The notes beneath the pieces are model-generated. The model was given only the letters and a program-made list of their open reading frames with translations. It did no database searches and was not told the DNA's origin. Shown here piece by piece: positions 1 through 14,106 of a stretch of 41,986 nt of DNA. Source of the DNA: Cirrosporium novae-zelandiae (taxonomy: Eukaryota). Numbering within the stretch: the stretch's first letter is position 1; every line of letters starts with the position of its first letter. The stretch spans positions 558,001-599,986 of the forward strand of contig JAPETS010000019.1 of NCBI GenBank assembly GCA_026023565.1. The letters are read 5' to 3'. A program made the translations under genes and the position numbers.

Positions 1-1465
1 CTATTTAAGACTTCCAAGGCATCTAAGGCTGAGACGAACGAACGAACATTATATTCCTCTGCAAGTTCTACTACTATCTGCTGCTGTCTGGTTTTTAATC
101 GATACTTGATACTTGGGAATGGATGAATGAATAAATGAATGAATGCCTTGCCCTAGATGCTTGGAAAATGGGAGAGAGAGAGGGTCCTAAGTCGTTAATA
201 TTCGTTAATCTTCGTTCGTGGTAGATTCGTGCTGTGGCCGTGTGGAGTGTGGGAATCGCTGTGTTGGAAGCTAGATTCATTCATTCGTTCTCCTGCGTTT
301 TCTAGCTTGCCTACCTACACTCGGCACTCGATATAGGAGTATGATACCCATATATATATATATATATATATATACGCGTGTAGGGCTATAAATCTGTCAA
401 TAGTCAATGCTTTAATGCTTTGAATAGAACTGAACTGAACTGAACTGAACTGAACTGAAATAGGCTTGTTTATTGTTACCAGTATATTTCGTTAAACGGC
501 GTTTATAGATTTTATAAATTCAAGAATCCTATCAAAGTCGCTTCTTTTGCTCTCTATCTTCTTACCTTACATCACAATCAATCAATCAATCTTACCATTT
601 ACCATTACCATTACCATTTTAGTAAACCCCTTTCCAAATTCCCAACTTCCCAAATTTCAGCATTCAACATTCAAGATCCAAGACCCAAGAGCTTTTATCT
701 TAACTCCCTATTAAAAAAAATAAAAGATGATTTCTCAGAGAAGTTTATTTTATCTTTATCGTATGTGGATGTGGATGTGGACGTGGTGGTATTAGAGTAG
801 AAATGTTATGGATTTTTTTAATTTTTTTTAATTTTTTTTTATAAAGATTTGTATGGGGGAGGAGAGAGAGGGGAGGGTTATGGAAGGTGGTATGTATGAA
901 AGAGAGAGATAAAGTAATGGTTTGGTACTGGTTACAGGATAGGCTAATAAATAAATAAATAAATAATACTCTTAATTATCTACCTAAGTAACCAAACCAT
1001 GCCAAAAAGTCAAAAGGCCTTTTCCAGACTAGTAAATTTATAAATTCGAGACCCCCCCTATCAAAAAAAAAAAAATCAATAAGTTCTCTTACGTGGTACC
1101 ATTATTATATTATGACGTAGTCAGGTTCCATATATCCTACCCAACGTACTGGGATATACCACGTCCTTTTCCGGCTTGGTTTGGTTAGGTAAAAAGTGTT
1201 GGGTTGGATTGGGTTGGGTTCTAACATGTTGTTGTTGGAGTAGAGATGTTGTGGATTTCTTTTTTTTTTTTTGGGGAGGGGGTTTGGTTTTGATTTGTGG
1301 AGGTTGTGGGATGGATATGGCTGCGCTTGTAATAGGTGGTCTTGGAAATGAGGAGGTATGGATTTTTCTTTATGGGGGTTGTGGAAGGTGGTATGTGGGG
1401 GGAGTTATAGATATATACTAATGACCGAGTACTACTGTACTGTACATACATATATACATACATAC
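1..1465. repeat. AT-rich low-complexity intergenic tract with many microsatellites
   Basis: (TA)12 at 351-374, (GAACT)6 at 427-456, (ATCA)n ~577-590, (TTACCA)n ~592-617, (GTGGAT)n ~765-782, poly-T runs 813-840 and 1260-1272, (AATA)n ~947-967, poly-A ~1063-1075, (TACA)n ~1443-1466; the short ORFs here are low-complexity artefacts. Confidence 0.85.
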
Positions 1466-1484
1466 ATGCGCATGGATTACAAAA

Positions 1485-3297
1485 TCACCTCTCCAACCCC
1501 TCCTCATGAACCGCATCCCCCTTCCTCCCCTTCTCCTCAAACACCTCCACATCCCTCGTCACCCTCCCCGGCCCATCAAACACCTCCGCAATTTCCTCCA
1601 GCGAGTACCCCTTCGTCTCTGGAAAGCAGAACCAAGTCACCGCAAAGAATATCGCCAACAGACAGCAAAATACAATATAATAGTGCCACCCAATATTCTC
1701 TAGCGCGATGGGGTTCACGAATGCTAGGATGATCAGGCTGCCGTACACGGTAAGGAGTTCCACGGTGAGACCTTTGCTGCGTAGGGAGTAGGGGAAGATT
1801 TCTGTGGGGTAGCCCAGGAGTAAGGGGGTGAATGCGCAGTCGTAGCTTGCAAAGTAGATGAATATAAACGCAATGACAGCGATGCCGAGAGAATTTGAAT
1901 TCGTCTTGTCGAATTCCGCGGAGCACGCCGTCCAGATTATGAAGGACACCAGCATGCCGAACCCGGACCAGAGGAATAGCGTGCGCCGGCCGAGGCGATC
2001 TACGAGGAATGCCGCGGAACCGGCGGCTGCGAAGTTGAAGAGTTGGAGGATTCCGTTTATGAGCGTTTGGGTGTCCGGGTTTGTCACTCCGACCGTGTCG
2101 AGTACGAGCGTTAGGTAGTAGGATACTACCGCTACGCCGTTCCACTGGGCGAAGCCGCCTACGCAGACGGCGATGAAGGTCCGGCGGCGGTTTCCTGGTG
2201 TGGAGATTAGGGCGGACCCTGTAGGTAGGTTTGTCAATATTCTATTGTATTAAAAAAAGGGGGGGAGGTCTTGGACTCTTGGGATCCATGGTGGGGTGGG
2301 AGGTTACGTTACTCACATTTGGTATCGGCGGCAACCTTCTCAAGCTCAATGGCCTTGGAGATCTCGGCAACCTCAAACTGGATGAGCGGATGGGTGCGGT
2401 CACCTCCGGTGTGAAATCGTGCAAGGATCTGTTCGGCTTCGTGGGATCGCCCGTTGGCAATGAGCCATCTTGCCTAATGTCAGCATGGGATTTTTCATGG
2501 AATTGGTTTAGAAGGGGCGGGGATGAACCTTGGGGATTCCGGTACCAGCCACCAGAATATGACTTGGATGACAGGGAAGGCGGCCTGCACGATGGACGGC
2601 ACACGCCACACCCAGCTGCTGGTGAGGTGCTTTTGGGTTCCGAATGTTGTCCATGCGGCGCTGGAATTATTAGCCTTGCGAAGAATGCCTTTTTATTATT
2701 ATTTGGGTACTGACAGAATTGCTCCGAGATAATAAAGAGTCCAGAAAAGTGAGGTGTATTTCCCACGATGGGTTGGATAGCAAAGTTCAGTGATGAGCAT
2801 TGGGGATGGCTGCACCACAAGCATAGATCCGATACCAACAACAACTCGCGCAAACACAAACATCCCGTACTTGACAGAAGCTGTTTGGATGATGGATGCA
2901 GCAATGATGGTGATGGCACCCGCAAGCAAAGTCATCTTGCGTCCAATTTTGTCGGAGAGTATGCCAATGAATGGGAGAGAGATGACAGATCCGATTGATT
3001 GTGCTGCATTCACAAGTCCCAATATGGACCCTGTTGGATGTCCAAAGTAGCTCTTCCATTGAGCGGTGCTTTGCAGTCCATTCATCATCGAACCTAGAAA
3101 CAGTGAGCATGTTTCCCTTTTGGTGGTTCAGGGGAATTGGGTAGCATGTTACCATCATAACCCGCAACGCTCGAAGACAACAAGGGGATAATCAAGATGA
3201 GATTTAGCTGGAGGAGATGGGGAACCTTGAACCAGACACGATCATACTTTGGCAAAACCTCGGCCACAGCGGTGCCGACGATATCCTCGTCCTTCAT
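1485..3297 (-). CDS. MFS sugar porter, lactose permease/cellodextrin (Lac12/CDT-like) hexose transporter family; 5 exons
   Basis: Spliced frame MKDEDIVG...SSSVAGYDG/SMMNGLQS...SDKIGRK...ITELCYPTHRG...WVWRVPS...PESPRWL...PGNRRR...FAQWNG...VDRLGRR...YPTEIFPYSLRSKG...FPETKGYSLEEIAEVFDG; four GT-AG introns join ORF pieces 3094-3297, 2699-3088 and 1485-2237. Confidence 0.92.
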
Positions 3298-3741
3298 CTT
3301 AATCTAATATTGAGAATTTTTTTCTTATAACTTTAGGGCTTTGAGGAGGAACTCGGGACTTCTGATTATCGAAAGAGAGATTTACGACATGTTATATATG
3401 CGTGCCACGGATATGGATATGACCCTGAAATTTGGTGGCACGTATAAGCCCGAGACAGCTTGTTTCCTCGCCCATTTTTCAAGATACTTTTTGAACTCAT
3501 CCTCATAAAACCTTGCTTCCCTAATTCTTTGCTAGCCCCTTTAGCAATTGCGCGGGGAAATACCCCATGGGCAGAGGTAAGGTTTGATATCGGTGGTTTT
3601 AGCGGATTGAGAACTTTATTGGCTTCAAGTGTATTGGAACCGGGGAGCTAGGGAATTCAAAACTAAACCGTAAAGAGATTGAAATCCTATAGACGGTACG
3701 TCAGAGCTTCGGTGAACTTACCCCAGATTTCTTGGCCAGAA

Positions 3742-3758
3742 CGGGCGACAGATGTCCG
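3742..3758. promoter_or_regulatory. Gal4-type UAS CGG-N11-CCG (CGGGCGACAGATGTCCG)
   Basis: Exact Gal4 half-site spacing in the divergent transporter/SDR1 promoter; 16/17 identical to the site at 20635-20651. Confidence 0.7.
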
Positions 3759-3796
3759 ATCCTCGTTTTTTTGCTAACTCGTGGGGTATAGTTTAT

Positions 3797-3813
3797 CGGA
3801 CCTCTGTTGCCCG
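3797..3813. promoter_or_regulatory. Second Gal4-type UAS CGG-N11-CCG (reverse complement CGGGCAACAGAGGTCCG)
   Basis: Inverted copy of the 3742 site (15/17 identical), 38 bp away in the same promoter. Confidence 0.68.
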
Positions 3814-4190
3814 TCGTGTCCGCGAACTCGTCTCCCGGACTTGGTCATCGGATGCGTGTTTATTCCTGGCATTTCGACTATAGTCGTCCGTTGGGGGAAA
3901 GCACCAGTTGCTTCAGATCCAGCCTCCGCAGGTAGTCTGCAAAATGGAAGGAGTGCAGGTCAGAGAGTGTGGAGAGTGCGGGGACCGAGTAGCACAGTAC
4001 CTACATTGGATTTCACCTGGTTTTATACATATAGACTAAACTACCGTCTTTTGGCAAAGTCTCTAATACCAAGGATATCGTGTATTTGAAAAATCTTCTT
4101 CCATCACTCAGTTAAAGCTTGCTTTGGAACATCCTCCCACTCACTACTTTCCGTCAACTTCAGCAAACTACCAGAAAATAAACAGTCAAG

Positions 4191-5238
<1,048 letters not shown>

Positions 5239-5831
5239 ATAATATTAGCTGAGCGATGGTGCAGAATAGACTAGATCCACACGACATCTTAGCGAAATGA
5301 AAAAAATTCCACACATTTTAGAGCTAGCGTAGCATCATGTTCTTGTCGTTAGTTATAGTTCAGAGTAGCATAATAAATAGTCAGAGCATGATATAAATAG
5401 TCGAGAGATAACTCTTGACATCAATCATATATCCATCAAATGATACGAGCTCGACATTGTTCATAATAATACTAATTCCAATGCAAGCGAGAATTTATCT
5501 GCTAGGAGCATCTCGGTACCTGGATAAGAGGCGAGAAGATGTAATAACTTAATCTGCCCTGGATGAGGGTTTCAATCTGTTCCATCCACGTCTGGAATAT
5601 GCACTGGGCAATAAAATCAACCTGAACAGTCAATCATTCCAAGCCATCATTATTTGGCCTTGTTGAGGGATAGGCTTTACCCATTTTTTGGAGGCCTCCC
5701 GACATAACTTGATGAATATTTTTTGCTCCTAAAACTTTTGGTGTCATGGAGTGTTAGTGTTGTATAATGGTGCGAGTGGACTGACTTGAGACAGCAGGGT
5801 TATGGAAATTAAATGTAAGTTTTATGGGGTG

Positions 5832-5847
5832 CGGAAGACCTCGTCCG
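5832..5847. promoter_or_regulatory. Variant Zn2Cys6 site CGG-N10-CCG upstream of SDR2
   Basis: CGGAAGACCTCGTCCG; its reverse complement starts CGGACGA like the 20635 site, but the spacer is one base short. Confidence 0.35.
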
Positions 5848-6080
5848 AAGAGTGGGGAAGATCGGAAACACATATGCAAGCGCATCTGTATTCCCGGAGC
5901 GGACTTGAGTCTCCCAAACAGCACTACAGTTATTCGGACAATGTTGTCGTGTTTTGTGGATCTATTGCTGTGGAGTTTGGAGCAAGATAGACGTCTCTTA
6001 AGAATATAAGGAATATCAGGAATACAGTCACTTCTAGTACTTTGGAGAAATCAGATCTATATTTTCAGATCAACGTCATC

Positions 6081-7074
6081 ATGGTACTAGCAAAACCTGA
6101 GAACAAACATGTTAAGAGTGCTTTTGATTTGGGTGGTAAAGTAGCTGCGGTGACAGGTTCGTTTTAAGAATTCATCTGCCTGCTGTCATTTATGCTGACA
6201 GCCTGATTTAATAGGCGGTTCTAGAGGTATTGGCCTGCAAGTATCCCGAGGCCTTGCGGAAGCTGGTGCAGATGTCGCAATAATATACAGCCAAACGCCA
6301 GCCGACGAAATCGCCAAACAAATCAGCGCCGAAAACAATGTTAAATGTGCCGCGTATCAGTCAGACGTAAGGGACCCAGAAGCAATCAAGAAAACAATCC
6401 TTCAAATCGCAAAAGACTTTGGCAAATTAGATATTGTCGTTCCGAATGCTGGCATAGCGACGCACCATGCTGCCGAAGATTATACCCCAGAGCAATGGGG
6501 AGCTATTATGAAAGTCAACTTAGATGGCGCGTTCTATACTGCTCAAGCAGCATCCAAGGTGTTCAAGGAGCAAGGGCATGGCAATATCATCTTTACTGCT
6601 TCCGTGAGTGCCATTCTAGTCAATGTGCCTCAGAAGCAAGCTGCTGTAAGTTTCTCAACATCATACTCCATGCCACATGCTAAGACCTGTAGTACAACGC
6701 TTCGAAAGCTGGATTGGTACATCTGGCTAAATGCTTGGCCGTAGAATGGGTTGACTTTTGTCGAGTAAATTGTATATCCGTAAGTTCCCTGATAAATTTA
6801 AGAGAGCTCGACCTTTGACATTAAGTAGCCCGGCTTCATTGCGACGGAGATGCTGGATGTCCATCCGGAGGAATGGAGGAAAAGGTGGTTCACCATGATT
6901 CCAGCCCAGCGAGTAGCAGAAACATATGAGCTTAAAGGGGTAGGTAATTCCCATATTGACGCTAGACCAACTATTAATCACACCTCATAGGCATACGTTT
7001 TCTGTGCTTCTGACGCCTCAAGCTATATGACCGGTGCAAACATTGTAATCGATGGGGGGTATACTCTTCCCTGA
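6081..7074 (+). CDS. Second SOU1/LXR3-like short-chain dehydrogenase/reductase; 5 exons
   Basis: MVLAKPENKHVKSAFDLGGKVAAVTG/GSRGIG...NAGI...VNVPQKQAA/YNASKAG...RVNCIS/PGFIATEM...ELKG/AYVFCASDASSYMTGANIVIDGGYTLP*; four GT-AG introns. Confidence 0.92.
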
Positions 7075-7169
7075 TATATCATCAAGCCACATTGTCTTTC
7101 TTAGACTTTTTACTTTTGACATAGCAAAATAGGGTGAATGATCATAAAATTTTAGTTGCATGCCTTAAG

Positions 7170-9576
7170 TCACTCAAACCCAGGAATTTGATGTAGAAAA
7201 TCCATGATTGTAGACTCTTGTCTGTTGATTGGAAGGCGTTAGTAACCCTAATTAGTTGCGGCCATCTTAGTGGCCTGCAGGAGGGTAATTGAAAGGACTC
7301 ACAGCATATTTTCCACCCCATCAAACTGTGTAGGCTCAAGGGTTGGCCACATGAGAGGATAAAGGCCTGTCAACTGAGTTTGGGGGCTCTCTTGCGTAGG
7401 GCCATTCCACCCATCAGTTTCTGGGGTTAGATAGGAGCCGCATAATGATCTAATGACCTCCAGGCAACGCTCCGCGGCTTGGTTCATCCGCGCCATATCC
7501 TCAATCACGAAAATTGCCTTGCGAATTTGTTGGCGCCAACCATCTGCGGGTGGGGATAAAGGATCATTTCGCAAGCACACGACGGCCACCATAATAGCTT
7601 GAAATAGAAAGTAAAGACCATACCAACACGCAAGCATGGTCTTTTCATTTTGGTTCCAAAAAGCGGTGATCAAGTCAACAGTCTCGCTTGCTGCATCTAA
7701 GCATCGTTGGACTGCTATCTCAACCTTCGGGTCATCTGGAAGGCTGTCAAGGTTATTAGACCTCTGTTTTTCCTTCCTTTTCAAAACAATTCTGCGAAGA
7801 ATAAATGGCCTATACATAAGTAGCCGGAGATTACGATATCGCCAACGCATAATCGAATGACAAAGCAAATATTTTGGCTGTTGTGGTACATGTTCCTGGT
7901 AGTATGGAGGAATACTTGCTAGCCATTGGCCAATAAGAGCATCGTCAAGCTCAATCAGCTGGGTTGCAGATGGAAAAGGAGTTGATATAACGCAAGAGTA
8001 TATCTGCATTGTCGTGAGATGGAACGTTGCCTGGACCCGGCAATGCGTATAGATAGTTGTCCCAGTTGCTTCGGGCGGTTTTACGCGAGTTGCGGCGGTG
8101 ATGTCACTATCGTGAACATTCAGAGGCAATTCTACTTCAATTCCACGGTCAGGAATATCCACTGGTCTAGAAAACGTAATGGCGGCGCCGATATCGAATA
8201 TGTATAAACACCACCAAGTTCTACGCCTAATCTCAAGTACCAGAGGACTGGCATTCCAGTTTGGAAATTCTTTGTGCAAACCGATCCCCATAGCAATTCT
8301 CCTAGAGAGCCCCAAGTAATTATAACCGGAATTAGGCTTATTCCTTTTTTGCAGATAGTTCGCCATAAGGGTCAAAACCTGAACCAATATCAAATTTCCA
8401 GTTTCAAACATATCAATGGACATTCTGGCTTTTGCAGCCTTAAACAGAACCATATCAACATCCGTGGACTCCAATGAAGCGGTGAATGCTCCAATAGCAG
8501 CAATCGTATATAGTAGTACCTGCCACGCGTTTTGTGTAGGCCGAGGAATAACTTCATGAAATTGAGCGCGAAAGGTTGCTTCGTGTACAATGGGGTAGGA
8601 AACATGATATAGACGAAAGTATGCATCAATAAAGGGATCAAGTTGGGACGGAGATGTTATCGCAAAAGGTATATCAGAATGATGATGGTTTGGATACCGA
8701 TTGCTGACTGAACCACGACCACTAGGGTGTTCTTGACCTTCGGCCATGCGAACGAGAACAGCCCCAGAAGCAATACCTGGAGGGTAGGTAAGAAGGGGTA
8801 CCCAATAAGACACGATATTGATACGGACCTAAGTATCCACCCTCGTTAGATTCGCTAAGACTAGCCATCCCATCAATAAATTTATCATCTCCTTCATCCT
8901 TTGTCCGCTCATCCCAATCAAAACCCCCTGAGACCGGAGGGCTCTCTAGAGAAAAGCTTGTAGCTTTTGTATCTCGAGAAGATGAATTTACACTCGATGG
9001 AGATTCTGCCCCTCGAGTCGGAGGGAAGGGCTGTAATTCCGGTTGCGCTTGGCCGGTAAATTGATAATTAGATGCTGGAGGGTATGAACCTGGCTGAATT
9101 GATGTGGCAAAGGATGGCAGTGAGGGAGGAAGGATGGACTCTAGGTTATTATCTGCTGTATTCTGCAGAGGGCCAAAGGTCCGATTTCCAAAGGACATGG
9201 GCAAAGGTTCAGATCCCACGGAACCTGCTCTTTGAGGCACCCAAGGTGTTGACTGGGACTCATGTCGACTCTGAGGGAGGACTTCCCGAAGCAATGCTTT
9301 AGCTCTCGCAAGTTCTTCCTCGACTTCAGTGAGGTGTCTTCTGGTCAATGGTGTCTTCCACTGTTTTTCGTAAAGGCAATTTCGTCGAAACTTTTGGCAA
9401 TGTCCACATGTAGGTAAAGTGCGATTACACTGTGACGATATATTATTAGCTAGAATATTTAGGAATTACTCCATTCCGCCACTCACCTTTGATTTCCTTC
9501 TCCGACATTCATTGCAGGCTTGATCGGCAGTTGCTGGAAGATTATCTGGACCAGTACTGGTGCGGCCTTCATCCAT
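7170..9576 (-). CDS. Gal4/Lac9-family Zn(II)2Cys6 transcription factor with fungal-specific TF domain; 4 exons
   Basis: MDEGRT...ACNECRRRKSK/CNRTLPTCGHCQKFRRNCLYE, followed by KTPLTRRHLTEVEEEL (cf. Gal4 SPLTRAHLTEVESRL), GFDWDE...DGMASL...GYLG, and the middle-homology region GLHKE...RRRTWW; last exon LQESTIMDFLHQIPGFE* ends at 7170. Confidence 0.9.
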
Positions 9577-10215
9577 CGTCAGGATTGTATGGGTAGGATA
9601 AGATGGATAGCATAATTAACGAGTAATGGCAACTAGAGAACATGACCTCTAGTACCGTGTGGCTGCTTGGAATGGAAGTGTGTGGAGTAAGTAATACAAG
9701 ATACTTTTGTTCTAGCCAGTCAGGGTCAGAAAGCGGAGAAGTCAATGGGGACTCTCAATGGGGTCTGGGGAAGAAAAGCCCGAGCTTTGCTGGCCTTAGT
9801 TTTCGGGCCCTGCAGCACTGCGGGTATTGTATATTGTATCAATTACAAGTATTTACAGATTATTGTTACAGGTCGTTACACACCTACAGATCTAATTTCC
9901 ATAGGCTCCAAAAAGTAGATCTAGCTCTCATTATGGGGTGGGATATTCTTCCACGTCACCATCCTAATTATGTTGGTTTTTTCCCAAAAATCTCTCTTGG
10001 TACATCTGCTTCCTCACAATCTAATTATCTCTATTCTATAGATTCTATAGTCCGTCAATCGTTACAATAATGACCTTCTCGAGCCCGTCGGTAAACCCGT
10101 CTCGTATCTCACCTCCGTTCACCGAGGATGTATCTCCATTACCACGTCGCAAGGCTACATCACCTTTATTTGATAAAGTCTAGTCCTGACTGGAACAGCA
10201 GATCAAGACCTTTCG

Positions 10216-11160
10216 ATGGTATTTGATGATTTTCCAACTGTCTTATTGGATGAGGATAAATCCGTCTTACGTCCCTTTATACCAGAGAATCGTCGAGAGA
10301 TGATGGAATATCTTTCTACCAGCTTAAATCTCAGTCGTCTTAATGCCATCCATGATTCCCTCTGGTTAGCTGGTCGTCCGATAGCTGCCCGGCCTCTTCA
10401 CCACCAAAGGCTGTTAAACCGTCAATTGCTTCCTACTCAACAGTTTGACCTTCATCTGGTGTGGTCTGATTCACGTCTTTTCGTAAAACCTCTCCCAGAC
10501 TTCCTTCTAAGTCATCACTTTTGGTTAGAAATCCTTGGCAAGGATGCTGAACTTCATAAATCTGCAGCTGGTCTTTTATTCTCCTATTTCTGGCTTGTTC
10601 GCAATGAAGACGACCTTCGCCTAGCCAAGGACGCCCATCTCATGAATTCGTCTATAAAGTTTGAAGAATGGAAGAAATTCGTTCATTCTACACTTCCGAG
10701 GCTTGATCCTAGATCAATGAGCTGCCTCAACAAACGGTTTCAATATGGAGAACTCCGTGCAAATCGGCTCAATACCATTTACCACCTATCCCCCCATACA
10801 ATTCCCCTAACCAGCTTTATTCGTGGATACTTTTACGATTACGGTCGCTACAAAACCTTTTTCTCAAGAAACTTCGCCTGGACCCTGACCATCTTCATAT
10901 ACCTTCAAGTCATCCTATCTGCAATGCAAGTTGGACTTGGGACCGATCGTTTACAGAAAGATGGACGCGTTCAAGATGCCTCAGTTGTGTTTTCCGTATT
11001 TTCTATGATATTACCGGCTATGGTAGTAGGCATTGCTCTTGGGGTTTCGTTGTTTTTGGTGGTTTATAACGTAACTGCTACAATACGTTTTGGGAATAAA
11101 GTCACAGGTATGAGGAACTCGACTTCCGGAAGCGAGACAGAACAGATAGTAGCCGCATGA
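10216..11160 (+). CDS. DUF6601-like fungal protein with two C-terminal transmembrane helices
   Basis: Intronless 314-aa ORF with LWLAGRP..ARPLHHQ, DLHLVW...FVKPLP, GLLFSY, NKRFQYGELR..RLN and ILSAMQVGLGT, which I recognise as typical of this uncharacterised family; the N-terminus may be frameshifted (see findings). Confidence 0.7.
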   Translation: MVFDDFPTVLLDEDKSVLRPFIPENRREMMEYLSTSLNLSRLNAIHDSLWLAGRPIAARPLHHQRLLNRQLLPTQQFDLHLVWSDSRLFVKPLPDFLLSHHFWLEILGKDAELHKSAAGLLFSYFWLVRNEDDLRLAKDAHLMNSSIKFEEWKKFVHSTLPRLDPRSMSCLNKRFQYGELRANRLNTIYHLSPHTIPLTSFIRGYFYDYGRYKTFFSRNFAWTLTIFIYLQVILSAMQVGLGTDRLQKDGRVQDASVVFSVFSMILPAMVVGIALGVSLFLVVYNVTATIRFGNKVTGMRNSTSGSETEQIVAA

Positions 11161-11828
11161 TGGAATTCACTTTAAACCAACTAGAATCGGGAACGAGGGT
11201 AGGGGCTTACTCGGGCCTTTTATTATTTCTCTTTAAGTTTCCGTTAACTCGTGGATATATAACCTCATGTATAGAGATTTAATGGCTTCCCATGTTCAAA
11301 TTCCCAGCCTTCTTAATCCTTTCCCTTATTCTTAAGTTTCAAGGATCAACTTATCCGGCCTCTTAACCCTTTATTTATAGTTTGCGTTGTTCTTAAGTTC
11401 CATAGTGGAGAAATAGCTCAGGGTCGAAGGTGAGGAATTAGGTTTCCCAGTTCTGGATAATATTGGCTCGCATTATTTATTAGAAGTTCCACAAGAGTTG
11501 GGCGGGAAAGCTTGTGTTAACTCAAATTTTGGATTTGGACATTTGTAGTAAGTTGAGGTTTGGGTATTCGGTTATTGTTTAATAGGAATTATGGATGTGG
11601 AATTAAAGACCGCTCAAATTTGAAGAGGTGAAATTAATAAGCTTCATGTTCAGGTATGTCTTATCCATGTTGATTATCTATGGTCTAGAGATTTGCAAAA
11701 TGTCAATGTACTGTACCATCTATATCCTCTGTGTTCTAATAGAACGACGCTGAACCGTTGTATATGTGTATGTCGATCTTGAAACCCCCACGACACCAAT
11801 TCTATATCCATCCATTACCTTCCATGGT

Positions 11829-13502
11829 TTAGTCTCTAAGCATTGCATCATCCTCTACGTCATCGGTCTCCCTGGGAAGCTTAACCAAACACACTCCCAA
11901 CGTCGCAAGCGCATGCAACACACCCGTCCCGGCAAACGGTAGCCCTAACCATGCATCTCCCATCCCCAAACCTAAATCATACGACCAGGCTATGAATGGA
12001 CCTCCCACTAGCTCCCCACTTCTCTGAACGACTGAAATTACAGAGTTGAGAGAGGCGACGTGGCGGGGGTCGATGAAGGAGGTGAGGAGATTGCGGGTTA
12101 GGGGGCTGAGTCCTGAGCCGAGGGTGTAGATGATAAGAGCCATGATAGCGGCGCCGAGAGTAGGGGCAAGGCCAAGCAGGAAGCAGCCGACTGTTAAGTG
12201 GATGATGCTGACTTTAGAGAGGAAGAGATCCTTGTCGTTGGAAGTGTAGCGTCTATATGTTAGGAGGTGGGTGCTTACTGCCGGGAGGAGGAAAAGGAGC
12301 AGAACTACATTGACGGCTGCGGTGAGTGGGAGCAAGAGACCGGCACTGGCAAGGGAAATTCCGTAGCGCGTAGAAGCATAGAGGAGGAGGATATCTTTTT
12401 GGCTATTACCAAGCATGTAAACCAAAATAGCGGCGAGAATAAGTAGGGTTGGTTGCTTCATGATGAAGCACGAGGAATACCATATCCTGTCAAGCCTCTC
12501 CTGGATGAAATATGGAAAGCTTGATTTTGATGCCGGATCGCTATCGCCCGGTATGTATTCCACACCTGAGGTATCTTGGACATGACTTTGGGCCCCGATA
12601 CCAATGCTTTTACCTACGTGGTAGGTCTCTGGTATGTATATGATAAATACGGCACCGATGTATAATATAGCGCAACCCAAGAGCAGAGGTATCCAGGGGT
12701 TCTTCTCCATCAACCAAGCCGCGAGAATCGGAGAAAAGACCTGGGGGATAAATGCTGCAATTTCTAATTGGAAGAAAGCAGCGGTCCTATTTCGATAGTT
12801 AAATAAATTCAGGAACAATTTATCACCCAATGCCTACCTATTTTCCGCGTCCACGACATCTGTAATCATTGTGAAGACCATGGCTGTGATTATGCCACTA
12901 CCACCACCTATGACCGCGAAGACTGGGCAGAGCCACACCAGGCGTAGTGGAAAAATCTCTGAAAACCAAAGGACCATAATGGCCCAGGCAATACCCATCA
13001 TAGTCCCGATTAAGCTCAGCATGAGAACAGTTTTCCGGCCATATTTGGGATTATCTGCTAACCGACCATAAGGAATTGAGAGGAGAATACCTGTATGAAG
13101 ATGGAACTGTCAATTGCTGGACGAGAATTATGTTCTAATAAAAGGGAGTAGCGTACTTGGAAGGGCTTCAAGACTTCCACCGATTCCTTGTATCAGAGCT
13201 ACTTCACTTTCTATGGGCGCAATTTTGCAATATCTATCTGGGATGTCTCCGATATTGGGAAATCGGCCTGGGTCATTTTTGCGAAAGTGATGATAGCAGG
13301 CAATCGATTCGAATAGTTGTGTTTGTGGAGCAGTCATCATGCATGCCCCCCATTGAACTGCTGCTAGAAAGCAACATAAGGTCAACATGAAAGCCGCAGG
13401 ATGAACTTTTGCTTCTTGAGAGTTACTAGTCGACCCTCCATGAGGAAGAAGAGAAGACTGTTCATTGCTATACCGAGAACCTTTAGCAGTATTAGTATCC
13501 AT
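11829..13502 (-). CDS. MFS transporter (SLC46/UstT-like efflux family); 3 exons
   Basis: QLFESIACYHHF...CKIAPIESEVA; YGRLADNPKYGRK; MITDVVDAENR/TAAFF; ~12 hydrophobic segments; two introns near 13091-13156 and 12788-12837. Confidence 0.85.
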
Positions 13503-14106
13503 GTTAGATAATTCAAACTTTCTAATTAATGCTGGATCATGAACAATATGGAAGCCATAAAGAATGAATTCTCACCTCTCAAGCTACATATATATTTGCC
13601 TTGTCAATCTGGATCGAGTTTCATCAATTCCATGTAATGTTGGCATTGAGGTTGGCTATCAAAGCCTGGTTCCTAATTGGACCTTACTATGATGCCTAAC
13701 CTTATCGCGCGAGCCCCATAATGGCAGGACATGCCATTGCAATTCCAAGCGACCTAACCAAGGGCTTTATGCGTTGAGTTGTCATTTTGGATATGAAGAG
13801 ATTGATTTATGAGAAATGGAACGTTGTCTGGTTATTGCGTACGACTTCTTTTGGATGCAACGGTAAGCTGCAAACATACCCAAAATGGGTATTCTAAGGC
13901 TGACGAAATGCCGCGATAAAGTTGCTCATGAAGGATTGAGGTAATTACCAAGTACTTTTATACAACCAAAAATATAGTTATTGAAAATATTCTACTTCAA
14001 TAGTTACTAAACCTCATATGTACCACCGTACCCATGCTGCAATTCACCACCCATATTTCAGTGGTCCTCCCACTTTTAGGTTGTCTGGACTGAAGCCGAG
14101 CCGAGC

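Noticed and set aside
95..1732. Short ORFs in the left tract (95-280, 1176-1421, 1221-1463, 1358-1732)
   Set aside because: Translations of microsatellite or low-complexity DNA, or antisense to the transporter; no family motifs
2231..2925. 160-aa and 227-aa ORFs overlapping the transporter
   Set aside because: Antisense or off-frame shadows crossing introns of the sugar porter
11200..11750. AT-rich intergenic stretch as a transposon relic
   Set aside because: No ORF remnant, terminal repeat or second copy visible; cannot be supported
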